A program made the position numbers and the translations under genes. From a virus (lineage: Duplodnaviria; Caudoviricetes), in IMG/VR virus record IMGVR_UViG_2932446441_000001, positions 5,172 to 69,171 of that record: DNA of 64,000 nt. One strand, written 5' to 3'. Each line of letters opens with the position of its first letter. The stretch's first letter is position 1. Positions 18,516 through 27,392 of the stretch are shown in pieces. Under the pieces are notes generated by a model that saw only the letters and a list, made by a program, of their open reading frames with translations, made no database searches and was not told the origin of the DNA.

Positions 18516-18700
18516 GCGCCCCTGCCCCGAACACGCACTTCCACTGCCCCGACTGCCACCCGCAGCTGCAGCGCGGTGTGACCCCGGCGATCTGCGGCGA
18601 GATCATCCCGCCTGTCGTCGTCGGCACCGGCCCGGAGCGGAAGTGTCGGCCCTGCAGGAGCCTGCTGCGCCAGCACAAGGCCAGCCACCGCCGCCGCTGA
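18512..18700 (+). CDS. Small Cys/His zinc-binding protein
   Basis: HFHCPDC...AICG...CRPC. Confidence 0.6.
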   Translation: MSAPAPNTHFHCPDCHPQLQRGVTPAICGEIIPPVVVGTGPERKCRPCRSLLRQHKASHRRR

Positions 18701-18795
18701 CCGGCTGTCCGCGGCCCGCGTCGCGCACGCGGGCCAAGAAGAACTGGCGCAGCACCACCCCATTGCACACCCCCACGAGTCCTGGAAGGACAGCC

Positions 18796-20136
18796 ATGAG
18801 CAGCGGATACCGTTCCTGGGAGGAGCGTGACGCCGACGTAGCGAAGACGAAGGCCGAGACCGCCCGCATCAAGGCGGAGGCCGACGCGGCGGCGCAGGCA
18901 GCCGAGTCTGCCGCGGCTGCGACCGAGACCGCGAAGCTTGCCGAGAAGGTTAAGCAGGCGCGGCTGCAGAAGCAGCTCGGCGACGTCAAGGAGACCGCCA
19001 AGGACGACAAGGTTGCCCGGAAGGCGAAGCGGCGCGAGCAGCGCGACGAGGACGGCGCCACCTTCAAGGTTCTCGTCAACGTGGTCATGGCGCTCGGCCT
19101 GCTCGCCGCCCTCCCCGCCCAGATCTCCTACTTCCTCGGCCTGCACCGCAAGGACGACAAGGATCCCGGCCCGGCGTGGACACTCACGCCGATCCCGTTC
19201 TTCCTGGAACTCCTCGCCTGGGTGGGCGTCATGGGTACCCGATGGGCGCACCGCAAGGGCCTGCCACGGTGGCCGTTCTGGATCCTGACCGCGACGCTCG
19301 CTTCCCTCGCCGGCTGGATCAACTACGCGCACGGCGTCACCGAGTACGGCCCGGTCGCCGGCTACGCCCTCGCTGCGACGTCCATGATTGGCCCGCTGCT
19401 GGCGGAGGTCCGCCAGTTCCTGGAGTCGAAGGCCGCCGAGGACGGGCGCGATCTGAAGCAGCGCGCCAAGGACCGGCGCGCGGCCCGGGAGAAGGCGAAG
19501 GCCGACCGTGAACGGGAGCAGGTCGAGCGGGCCGAGGACGAGCGTCGCAAGAAGCTGTTCCCGAGCGAGTTCGAAGAGTACGAGCGGATCATGGCCGCCT
19601 ACCCCACCGGCGGCATCACCCGGGCTGCGGCATGGGAGCAGGCGTGGGACACGATGCACGCCCTTCCCCTCGCCGTAACGGCCGGCAGCATGGCCGCCCG
19701 CGAGGTAGCCCGGGAAGCCGTCGAGGAGCTCCTGCGGGATGCCGACCGCAGCCCCGAAAGCATCGCCGTGGACCTGTTCCTCGCGAAGGCATTCGACCCG
19801 AACGGCGGCGACGACGGACCCGCAGGAGCTACCCCAGGAGGCGGATCCAGTGGGCCTACGGGGGGAGGGTCACGGGCCCGTCGTGCGGAGCCCTCCGAAG
19901 GGCCTACAGCCCTTGGGCGTAAAGGGAAGCAGGGCTCTGGCCGTACCGCCGCGAAGACCCCCGAGAAGCCGCTCGATCCGGCTCACATCGAGAAGGTCCG
20001 CAAGCTCGTCGAAGCCCTCGGAGACGTTGACCGGCTCTCCGCCCGCAAGGTCCGCGAAGTGATCGGCGGCGGCAGCAACGAGTACGCCGTCCGCCTCCGC
20101 AACCACGTGAAGAACGAAGCCGCATCCGCCAACTGA
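18796..20136 (+). CDS. Spd-like (SpdB2/DUF2637-type) membrane protein
   Basis: About 4 TM segments flanked by coiled coils; C-terminal HTH-like LSARKVREVIGGGS..A..L; upstream of traB. Confidence 0.7.
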   Translation: MSSGYRSWEERDADVAKTKAETARIKAEADAAAQAAESAAAATETAKLAEKVKQARLQKQLGDVKETAKDDKVARKAKRREQRDEDGATFKVLVNVVMALGLLAALPAQISYFLGLHRKDDKDPGPAWTLTPIPFFLELLAWVGVMGTRWAHRKGLPRWPFWILTATLASLAGWINYAHGVTEYGPVAGYALAATSMIGPLLAEVRQFLESKAAEDGRDLKQRAKDRRAAREKAKADREREQVERAEDERRKKLFPSEFEEYERIMAAYPTGGITRAAAWEQAWDTMHALPLAVTAGSMAAREVAREAVEELLRDADRSPESIAVDLFLAKAFDPNGGDDGPAGATPGGGSSGPTGGGSRARRAEPSEGPTALGRKGKQGSGRTAAKTPEKPLDPAHIEKVRKLVEALGDVDRLSARKVREVIGGGSNEYAVRLRNHVKNEAASAN

Positions 20137-20159
20137 ACCCACCTGTCAGGAGTCTGAAC

Positions 20160-20636
20160 ATGAACGTCACCCTTCGCCGTATCGCCGTCTCCACCACCGC
20201 GACCGTCGCCCTCCTCGGAGGCGCCACCGCCACCGCGTCCGCCGCGTCCCCGGAGCACGAGGCGACCGTCGTCGCCATCGCCAAGGCCGAGACCCCGCCG
20301 GGCGGAACGGACGGCATCACCAACGGCCTCACCCCCGACCACGGCGGCATGGGCTCGCAGCTGCAGAACCCCGTCAACGGGCAGGTACCGGCCGGCTACC
20401 CGCAGCAGATCCAGACGCAGGCCTCGGGCGGCGCGATCGGCGCCGGGGTCGTCGCGATCCTCGTCCTCGGGATCATCGTGTTTGTCCGGGTCCGCGGCAA
20501 GGACATCAAGGTCGGCGACGCGGTCGTCGTCACTCTGTTCGGCATCGCCGTCTCCGGCACGGTCATCGGAGCCCTGGGTGACCAGCTCACCGACTCCGCC
20601 GTCGCCTCTCTCGGCAGCATGCTCGGCGGCCTCTGA
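20160..20636 (+). CDS. Membrane protein resembling small AICE/plasmid spread proteins
   Basis: Signal-like N-terminus; GVVAILVLGIIVFVRVRGKDIKVGDAVVVTLFGIAVSGT two-TM hairpin. Confidence 0.65.
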   Translation: MNVTLRRIAVSTTATVALLGGATATASAASPEHEATVVAIAKAETPPGGTDGITNGLTPDHGGMGSQLQNPVNGQVPAGYPQQIQTQASGGAIGAGVVAILVLGIIVFVRVRGKDIKVGDAVVVTLFGIAVSGTVIGALGDQLTDSAVASLGSMLGGL

Positions 20637-20696
20637 GCCACCCACCCGCGGGGCCCGCACCGGGCCCCGCCCCTCACTCAGGAAGGAAGCAGGCCA

Positions 20697-22940
20697 GTGG
20701 CCACCGAGATCGAGCCCCAGTACGCCGAGCAGCAGCCGCAGGAGGAGACGGCCGAGCCGACTCGCGGCGAGCGCATCAAGGCCGCGTTCGCCGAGCAGCG
20801 CAGCAACGCCGGTGCCCGCACCCGCGACTGGCTGGCAGGCGGCGACCTGGACGAGGCCGACGTCATCCATCTGGCCACCGAGACGAAGCAGCGCAAGCAC
20901 GCCGAGCAGGTTGCCCAGCAGGAGCGGCGCGCTGCCGAGGCCCGCGGGCGTTTCCACGTGGCCAAGGCGCAGGCCGAAGACAGCGAGACCAACAGGGGGC
21001 ACGGCAACGTCGCCGCTCTGGCCGGACGAGCCGCCCAGGAAGAGGCCAGGCTCGAAGCCCTCCGCGCCACCCCCGTGCTGCCGCCCACCGACCGGGAGAT
21101 CAACGCGGCCCGCAACGGCAAGAGGGCCGGACGGGCGGCGATCCTCGCCGGCGGGACTCTGGGCGGACTGTCCGCCTTGGGCACCGCCGTCGAGCAGGCC
21201 GCCACCGGGCAGCCCATGCTGCTTGCCGTCGTCACCACCGGGGCGAGCCTCGGTTGGTATCTGATCTCCCGTCCCTTCGTCCGAAGCCAGGCCGGTGAGG
21301 TCCCTTTCGGGATGACCCCGGCCAGCCTGCCCGCCACGTTCCAGGCGGAGCCGGCCGGGGGAGCAGCGCCGATCGTCGGTGGGAACGTCGTCATGTCCGT
21401 CGAGCAGCTGCCCGAAGGCGCCAAGCCGCACCCGCTGCGGAACGCGCACACGCCTGACCAGCTCGCCCAGTGCGTCCTGCTGGCCGCCCGCGCCGAGAAC
21501 GTGCCGATCGTCGAGGTGTCGGACGTGACGCGGCAGCCGTGGGGCTGGCAGTGCACGGTCCGCGTCAGCGAAGGCACACCCGAGGCGATCATCGAGAAGA
21601 GCGGCGACCTCGAGACGAAGTTCGACCTGCCCACCAACGGTGTCCGGCCGCAGCCGATCAGGGCCCGCCGCGCCTGCGCCATCCTCCGCCTTGTCGATGG
21701 CGACCCCTTCGCTACCGCCCCCGGCATGCCGTACCGAGCCCCCAAGTCCCTGTCGATCACCGACCGGTTCCGGATCGGCACCAGCGTCGGCGGCGACCCC
21801 CTGGAGGTATCCCTCGCCGGCGTGATGGGCCTGTGGGTCGCGGCGTCCGGCGGCGGCAAGACCGGCATCCTGCAGGCCCTCGCCGAGGGCACCACAGCGT
21901 GCCGGGACAACATCACCATCGACCTCGACCCGTTCGGTGACGGCCTCGAAGACCTCGGGGACGCCGTGCGGATCACCGCCCGCACGAACGAGCAGATCGA
22001 AGCCGTCCTGTTGTTCTTCCTGGTCATGGCCAAGGCGCGCGCCCGGCTGAGGGCGAAGCTCGGCATGGGTAAGAAGTGGAAGGCCAGCCCCGAACACCCC
22101 GCTGTCACGATCTTCTTCGACGAGTTCCCGAAGGCCACGGAGCTGGCCAAGAAGCTGGCGTTCGACCTGCTTCTCGTCGGCCGCAAGGAGCTCATCGAAG
22201 TCGAGATCGCCTCCCAGGGCGGGCAGAAGGGCTACCTCGGCGAGAACTTTGCACAGATGGTCGCCCTCAAGGCCGTCGGCCCGTGCAAGGTCGGGGACAC
22301 CCGCGCCGTGTTCGGTGACGGGGCCGTCAAGGAGGGCTACCTGCCGCACAAGCTCTCCCCGGCCACCGACACCGACCCCAAGGACGCCGGTCACATCTTC
22401 ATTCAGGGCGTGCCCGGCATGGCCGACGAGCCGATCGAGTACGCCGTTCACGAGACGCCGTCCGCGGTGCTGCGTCAGCTCGCCCAGGAGCGCCTGGAGG
22501 CCGGGCTGCTCGAACCGGACCAGGACAGCCTCGACGCGATGAAGGGTGTCGACCTGCCCGAGTACGTCGAGCCGGTCTGGGACAACGAGGGCAACCTCAA
22601 GAAGCCGGCGCCCGTCGACCTGCTGTCGTGGGAGCAGCTGTTGAAGCTGTGCGGTGCCGAGCCGCCTGCCGGCGCGGAGCTGGCGGATGGCCCCGAACGG
22701 GCTGTGATCGAGGACGCGGTCGCGGTCATGGAGAAGTCGGGCGTCGATCGGATGAAGACCGAAACGCTGCTCCTGGCACTCCGCGACTACGACCCCGATG
22801 CCTACGGCGAGATGGAAGTCGAGGCGTTCAAGGCCCTGATGAGTAAGGCGGGCGCTGGAGGCCCGATCACGCTGGGCCAGATCGGCGAGGAGAAGAACCC
22901 GCGCGGCTTCAAGCGGGATCGACTCCGCCACCTGCTGTGA
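20697..22940 (+). CDS. traB: TraB-like FtsK/SpoIIIE-family conjugative DNA translocase
   Basis: N-terminal coiled coil and 2 TM segments; Walker A AASGGGKT; Walker B VTIFFDE; GRKELI..EIASQ; C-terminal wHTH-like domain ending NPRGFKRDRL. Confidence 0.82.
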   Translation: MATEIEPQYAEQQPQEETAEPTRGERIKAAFAEQRSNAGARTRDWLAGGDLDEADVIHLATETKQRKHAEQVAQQERRAAEARGRFHVAKAQAEDSETNRGHGNVAALAGRAAQEEARLEALRATPVLPPTDREINAARNGKRAGRAAILAGGTLGGLSALGTAVEQAATGQPMLLAVVTTGASLGWYLISRPFVRSQAGEVPFGMTPASLPATFQAEPAGGAAPIVGGNVVMSVEQLPEGAKPHPLRNAHTPDQLAQCVLLAARAENVPIVEVSDVTRQPWGWQCTVRVSEGTPEAIIEKSGDLETKFDLPTNGVRPQPIRARRACAILRLVDGDPFATAPGMPYRAPKSLSITDRFRIGTSVGGDPLEVSLAGVMGLWVAASGGGKTGILQALAEGTTACRDNITIDLDPFGDGLEDLGDAVRITARTNEQIEAVLLFFLVMAKARARLRAKLGMGKKWKASPEHPAVTIFFDEFPKATELAKKLAFDLLLVGRKELIEVEIASQGGQKGYLGENFAQMVALKAVGPCKVGDTRAVFGDGAVKEGYLPHKLSPATDTDPKDAGHIFIQGVPGMADEPIEYAVHETPSAVLRQLAQERLEAGLLEPDQDSLDAMKGVDLPEYVEPVWDNEGNLKKPAPVDLLSWEQLLKLCGAEPPAGAELADGPERAVIEDAVAVMEKSGVDRMKTETLLLALRDYDPDAYGEMEVEAFKALMSKAGAGGPITLGQIGEEKNPRGFKRDRLRHLL

Positions 22941-22960
22941 CCGTTACGCGAAGTATGCAC

Positions 22961-23123
22961 CCCTGATCAGGGCCTGCTCAGCCCTGCTCACGCCACAAAC
23001 CCGCAGGTCACAGCTGCTCAGCCTGCTGCTCACCGCCTGCTCAACCTCTGCTCTGAGCAGCACCTGAGCAGGCGCCTGAGCAGCCCTGACCTGCGGCTTC
23101 TCCCGCTGAGCAGTGCTGAGCAG
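22961..23123. repeat. clt-like cis-acting locus: mirror-symmetric CTGCTCA/TGAGCAG array
   Basis: CTGCTCA at 22974, 22984, 23014, 23026, 23037; TGAGCAG at 23054, 23065, 23077, 23107, 23117; CCGCAGGTCA 23001 and TGACCTGCGG 23087; starts 20-35 bp after the traB stop. Confidence 0.8.
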
Positions 23124-23163
23124 GCAGAACAAACCACCACAAACTAGAAACGGAGCCCGACTC

Positions 23164-23550
23164 ATGCCCAAGACGTGGCAGCCCCACCAGGAGAAGAAGT
23201 TCGTCCGCGAACTCAAGCTCGGACAGCCCTACTACGTGATCCGCGACCTCGAAACCCGCGGCGCCCCGTTCGAGGACGCCCAGCGGTACGAGGAGCACGT
23301 GTTCACCGAGCGGTCCCGCCTCACCGGAACCCCGCGTACCGACGGCGGCATGACCGCCACCCAACTCTGCAGGAACTGGGGCCCGGTCTACGACACGCCG
23401 CCGCGCAACATGCGGCGCAGCGGTGAGCCCGGCCCGCAGGTCGGCGCCCCCCTCGGCCGCGACTACACCGCCTACCTCGACGAAGCCGAACTCCGCGGCC
23501 TCGACAAGAGGCTCCGCGACACCAGCGACCCCCGCACCCGCCGCATCTAG
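23164..23550 (+). CDS. Hypothetical protein
   Basis: GGAG RBS; good codon usage. Confidence 0.7.
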   Translation: MPKTWQPHQEKKFVRELKLGQPYYVIRDLETRGAPFEDAQRYEEHVFTERSRLTGTPRTDGGMTATQLCRNWGPVYDTPPRNMRRSGEPGPQVGAPLGRDYTAYLDEAELRGLDKRLRDTSDPRTRRI

Positions 23551-23640
23551 CTGAGCCGGGGCGCCCCTCCCGCCTGCCAGCAAAGCAGGGGCGCCCCGTT
23601 CTACCCCACCCGATCAAGACCAGACGAGGAGATCACCATC

Positions 23641-23814
23641 ATGACCGACGAGCAGTGGGAGGCCCAGAACAGCAGCCTCTCCCCGGACGAAGCCCACGCG
23701 CGCGGCCTGTGCTGGTGTTGCGCCGGCAACCGCGTTCTCTACACCGCGTTCGGCGGCGTGCAGCGCAAGGTCGACTGCCACGAATGCGGCGGCACTGGCA
23801 AGGCCCAGAGGTGA
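23641..23814 (+). CDS. Small zinc-finger protein (CWCC...CHECGGTG)
   Basis: GAGGAG RBS; 57-aa ORF read manually. Confidence 0.65.
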   Translation: MTDEQWEAQNSSLSPDEAHARGLCWCCAGNRVLYTAFGGVQRKVDCHECGGTGKAQR

Positions 23815-23816
23815 CC

Positions 23817-24314
23817 ATGGCCGTCGCCGCCCCGGCCGTCGACACGAGCCTCGACCTCGACGCGCGGCTCGCCCTCACCCTCGCGGTCATGGACGAACGC
23901 TGCACCCTCGCCGTCCTCGCCGTCGAAGTGAACACCGCCCACCTGCCCGTCGTTGAGCCGCTGCCCGAGATCACCGCGCCGCTCACTGTCCCCCTCGCGC
24001 CGGCGCCCAGCCCCTACAGCACCCCCCTCGCCGCTCTGCTCCACCGGGCGAGCCTCCGACTGGAGGCCGCCGGCTGGTGTACCGGTGCGCTGCGCGACGA
24101 GCAGGGCGCCGCCTGCCTCATCGGCCACACCCGTGCCGAAGCCGCAAGCCGCGACCAGGCCGACGACGCCTGCGCCCTCCTACTGGAAACCATCCGCCGC
24201 GACTTCACCGACGCCGAAACCATCCCCAGCTGGAACGACGCACAGCGCAACCCGCGACTGCCCCTCATCTACCTCGGCCGCGCCGCCGACCTCGCCCACG
24301 CCCGCAACCTCTGA
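23817..24314 (+). CDS. Hypothetical protein (DUF6197-like)
   Basis: GWCTGAL....G.ACLIG...IPSWND. Confidence 0.6.
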   Translation: MAVAAPAVDTSLDLDARLALTLAVMDERCTLAVLAVEVNTAHLPVVEPLPEITAPLTVPLAPAPSPYSTPLAALLHRASLRLEAAGWCTGALRDEQGAACLIGHTRAEAASRDQADDACALLLETIRRDFTDAETIPSWNDAQRNPRLPLIYLGRAADLAHARNL

Positions 24315-24325
24315 GGAGAACCCCC

Positions 24326-24604
24326 ATGTGCGACACCATTGAAGCCCCCGACTTCCTGACCGGGACCATCACCCCCGGCACCTACGCCGAGAACGACCGG
24401 AGGGAGCTCCGCGACCTCGCCGTGCACCTACTCGTCGACAGCCAGCGCCTCCAGCGCGCCGGCTGCGCCAGCCGCATGCACCTGCTCCTCCACGTCCACC
24501 CTGCCATCGACCACGCCGTCAAGGTCGGCTGGGACCGTGACGACATCCACGCCGCCGCCGACCGCGAGTACGGGCAGTGGCTCATCGACAACGCCGGGAG
24601 GTAG
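24326..24604 (+). CDS. Hypothetical protein
   Basis: GAGGAG RBS. Confidence 0.6.
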   Translation: MCDTIEAPDFLTGTITPGTYAENDRRELRDLAVHLLVDSQRLQRAGCASRMHLLLHVHPAIDHAVKVGWDRDDIHAAADREYGQWLIDNAGR

Positions 24605-24609
24605 GACCG

Positions 24610-24843
24610 ATGACCGAACCCGCATGGTGGCCGCAGATCCTGTCCGCTACGTCCCTGCGTCGTCAGGCGGCGGGCATGCTCCTCGCCCAAGCCACCCCTA
24701 GCGTCGTGCGCGGCACGCTGCGGCTGGAGTTCCCCCGGACCGGCCTCGTCACGGCCTGGCGGGACAGCCGGGCCGAAGCAGCACTGGAAGGCGCGCTCGC
24801 CCACTACGGGTGGGCCATGCCGATCGAGGTGACAGAGGCCTGA
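24610..24843 (+). CDS. Small hypothetical protein
   Basis: AGGA RBS; followed by a terminator. Confidence 0.6.
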   Translation: MTEPAWWPQILSATSLRRQAAGMLLAQATPSVVRGTLRLEFPRTGLVTAWRDSRAEAALEGALAHYGWAMPIEVTEA

Positions 24844-24854
24844 CCGCAACACAG

Positions 24855-24885
24855 AGCCCCCGACGAACCCAGCGTCGGGGGCTTT
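24855..24885 (+). terminator. Intrinsic terminator ending the transfer operon
   Basis: AGCCCCCGACG-loop-CGTCGGGGGCT followed by TT. Confidence 0.75.
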
Positions 24886-24994
24886 GCCGTGACCGTATCG
24901 GGCGAATCCGGGTCACGGAATGAACACTTCACCTTCACGCTCACCCCAGTCGCGCGCATGATGCACCCCACGCACACTGATCCATGGGGGGACC

Positions 24995-25408
24995 ATGCGC
25001 CGTACCGTCACTGCCGTTGCCGCCTGCCTGCTCGCCGTAGGCGCAGTCGGCTGCTCAAAGTCCCACGACGAGAACGTCAAGGGCTGCACCGCCGCGCTCG
25101 CTGAGCAGACCGGAGGCGATCCTGCGGACACGCCGACCGTCAGGGAAGCGGAGGAGAGGGTCGATGCACTCGACAAGACGCTCGCGGGCATGGTCCGGTC
25201 CGGGTACGAGGGCGTGGCCAGGGACGCGCTCGACACGGTGGAGAAGAAGACCAAGGAGGGCGGGAAGGACCGGCCGGAGGCGTGCGAGCCGCTCTCGAAG
25301 GACGACTACACCGCGCTGCTGACGGCCAAGGCGATCGATGGTCTCGGTTGGACGGACAACGACGGCCAGTTCGACAAGCTCAAGATGGTGGAAAGCCTCG
25401 GCGACTAG
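24995..25408 (+). CDS. Lipoprotein
   Basis: MRRTVTAVAACLLAVGAVGC lipobox. Confidence 0.8.
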   Translation: MRRTVTAVAACLLAVGAVGCSKSHDENVKGCTAALAEQTGGDPADTPTVREAEERVDALDKTLAGMVRSGYEGVARDALDTVEKKTKEGGKDRPEACEPLSKDDYTALLTAKAIDGLGWTDNDGQFDKLKMVESLGD

Positions 25409-25477
25409 CCTTGCTGTGGTCGTGGCGAGGCCCCGCACCGAATCGTCCTCCGGGCGGGGCCGTCGTCGTGCGGTGCA

Positions 25478-25720
25478 TTAGTCGTACAGCGACCGCCCGG
25501 CACGCTGCACTGCCTGCCGAAACCCTGCCTCGACCGCGCCGTCGTCGATGATGAGCAGTTGGCCGGGTGGGCAGCACGGGCTGGCTCGCAGGGTGATGTG
25601 GTCGTAGCCGCGTTCGTCGATGACGGCCTGGATCTCGTCGAAGCGGCCGGGCTCGCAAAGAACAGTGCGGTTCGCGTCGCCCTCGATCTGCGCCCAGAAC
25701 GCCTCGTCTGCGTTGCTCAT
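25478..25720 (-). CDS. Hypothetical protein
   Basis: ATGA coupling with the upstream ORF. Confidence 0.6.
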   Translation of the reverse strand: MSNADEAFWAQIEGDANRTVLCEPGRFDEIQAVIDERGYDHITLRASPCCPPGQLLIIDDGAVEAGFRQAVQRAGRSLYD

Positions 25721-26037
25721 CCGGTCTTCTCCTCGCTGCTCACCGGGTGCTCCTGGAGCGTGGCCACCTCGACCCGCAGATCATGGATCACGCGCACGAA
25801 CTGCTCCGTTGTGTGCGTGGCCAAGTGCTCGCGCAGCGCTGCCTCCGTCTGCTGGGCCTCCGTGAGACAGGCTCGATGCGCGATCGAGGTGACAGCTTCG
25901 CTGAAATCCCGGGCAGCCGGGTCGGCTGTGACGCCGAGCTCGGCGATCCGGTCGACGCTGGGCGGCGGGACCTCGTGGCGCCAGCCGCATTCGAGCGGGC
26001 ACAGGTAGCGGGTCGTTCCGGGCGCCGGGCTATTCAT
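25717..26037 (-). CDS. Hypothetical zinc-binding protein
   Basis: RYLCPLECGW.H...LREHLATH. Confidence 0.65.
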   Translation of the reverse strand: MNSPAPGTTRYLCPLECGWRHEVPPPSVDRIAELGVTADPAARDFSEAVTSIAHRACLTEAQQTEAALREHLATHTTEQFVRVIHDLRVEVATLQEHPVSSEEKTG

Positions 26038-26050
26038 GCCGTTCAGCATC

Positions 26051-26239
26051 TCACCTGCCGCGCGATCGCCGTGTGCGCCAGCCTTTGCGGGCCATGCCGG
26101 AGCGCTCCGGGAAGGTACGGCCGGCGTTGGAGATGCGGGCGGCCTTGGTCTTCGAGGCGCCCTTCCGGCGGAGCGCGCGGTAAACGGCGTGGCGTGAACG
26201 GTAGACGAACCCCCAACGTCCTCCACGGTCGGAAACCAT
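26051..26239 (-). CDS. Small very basic protein
   Basis: VYRALRRKGASKTKAARISNA; TGATG coupling. Confidence 0.75.
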   Translation of the reverse strand: MVSDRGGRWGFVYRSRHAVYRALRRKGASKTKAARISNAGRTFPERSGMARKGWRTRRSRGR

Positions 26240-26460
26240 CAGCGGCCCTTCTTCCTGTTGGTGATCGACGGGTACTTGCGTTTCACGGCCTTCCGGACCT
26301 GAGCCTTCTCGCTGCTGGTGCCGTGCTGGGCTACGCGCGCGAGGGCGTTGCGGGCTCGCCCCTTCGTGTCGAGGGGGTACTTCCGCTTGGAGGGCACGCC
26401 GAATGCCGACTTGGGGAGGCTCTTGCGCTTCCTGGTGGTCATCTTGGACGACTTGGCCAC
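26239..26460 (-). CDS. Small very basic protein (DUF6582-like)
   Basis: LPKSAFGVPSKRKYPL....ARNALARVAQ; AAGGGAG RBS. Confidence 0.8.
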   Translation of the reverse strand: MAKSSKMTTRKRKSLPKSAFGVPSKRKYPLDTKGRARNALARVAQHGTSSEKAQVRKAVKRKYPSITNRKKGR

Positions 26461-26542
26461 GGGTCCGCTCCCTTCCGTCCTCCCATGGTGCGCCTGCGAC
26501 AGGGGGTTCGGTAGCGGAGTGGGCGACTATTGGACCTCAATG

Positions 26543-26559
26543 TCCTACGATTCGAAGGT
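26543..26559. promoter_or_regulatory. Late-gene box, copy 1 (TCCTACGATTCGAAGGT)
   Basis: Matches copies at 28932, 52411 and 52443. Confidence 0.65.
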
Positions 26560-26608
26560 AAAACTGGTGTGACGGTAAGGATCTGATGGCGATCGGGGAG
26601 GGTGAGGT

Positions 26609-27229
26609 ATGGCTGGCGGACCCGTCCCGTACAACCGGCGCAACCCCGCCGAACGCGCCCAACTGGCCGAGATCATCTTCGACCTCAAGGCGCAGGGCCT
26701 CTCCAACTACACCATCGACTCGATGACCCAGCACCCCGACGGCCCCACCGGCGGCGTGCGCGTCCCCGCATCCACCGTCCGCGACCTCATCCGTGAAGAG
26801 ACCAGCCGCCGCGTCGACCCCAAAGTCGACGAATACCGCACCCTCGAACTCGCCCGCCTCGAAGCCACCCTCGAACGCCTCCACAACATGGAGGAATCCG
26901 TACAGCGAGTCATGGCACGCAAGCACATCACCGTCAACAACGGGCGCGTCATCCGAATCCTCAACCCCGACAGCGGCGAAGAGGAACCCGTCGAAGACGA
27001 CACCTTCATCCTCCAAGCCGTCGACCGGCTCAACCGCATCGAAGAATCCCGCCGCAGAACCAGCGAATCCATCCGCCGCCTCCTCGGCCTCGACATGCCC
27101 GTCAAGGTCGACGCCACCATCACGGAGACCACGCAGCAGGACATCGAGCTGCAAGAGATGATCCGCGACGCCAAAGCCAAGGTGCAGATGGAAGAGCAGC
27201 AGATCATCGACGGCGGCGCCGATGACTGA
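26609..27229 (+). CDS. Terminase small subunit (putative)
   Basis: N-terminal HTH-like segment, coiled coil, RRLLGLDMPVKVD; directly upstream of the large subunit. Confidence 0.75.
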   Translation: MAGGPVPYNRRNPAERAQLAEIIFDLKAQGLSNYTIDSMTQHPDGPTGGVRVPASTVRDLIREETSRRVDPKVDEYRTLELARLEATLERLHNMEESVQRVMARKHITVNNGRVIRILNPDSGEEEPVEDDTFILQAVDRLNRIEESRRRTSESIRRLLGLDMPVKVDATITETTQQDIELQEMIRDAKAKVQMEEQQIIDGGADD

Positions 27230-27392
27230 CCTCCACGTCATCCCGCTGAACGACCTGGTCGAACACGACACGAGCGTCGGCGGCAGCTGTGCATGCGGTC
27301 CAACTGATAGGCCGGTCAAGCGAGACGACGGGTCCATCGGCTGGGTAGCTGTGCATCACAGCCTTGACGGGCGCGAACCGAACGAGAGCTGA
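27222..27392 (+). CDS. Small His/Cys protein
   Basis: HVIPLNDLVEH...CACGP...HHSLDGRE; overlaps both neighbours. Confidence 0.65.
   Translation: MTDLHVIPLNDLVEHDTSVGGSCACGPTDRPVKRDDGSIGWVAVHHSLDGREPNES

Noticed and set aside
19983-22931. 982-aa minus-strand ORF and other long antisense ORFs (e.g. 17980-19659, 37539-39365)
   Set aside because: Shadow frames of high-GC3 genes on the opposite strand; no motifs or RBS.
22961-23123. CRISPR array
   Set aside because: Repeats are 7 bp with very short spacers and change orientation; no cas genes are present.
24610-24843. DnaX C-terminal-like domain
   Set aside because: Resemblance too weak to call without a profile search.
14100-24885. Autonomous AICE inserted in the prophage
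   Set aside because: No rep, integrase, xis or flanking att repeats recognised in the block; not fully excluded without comparative data.
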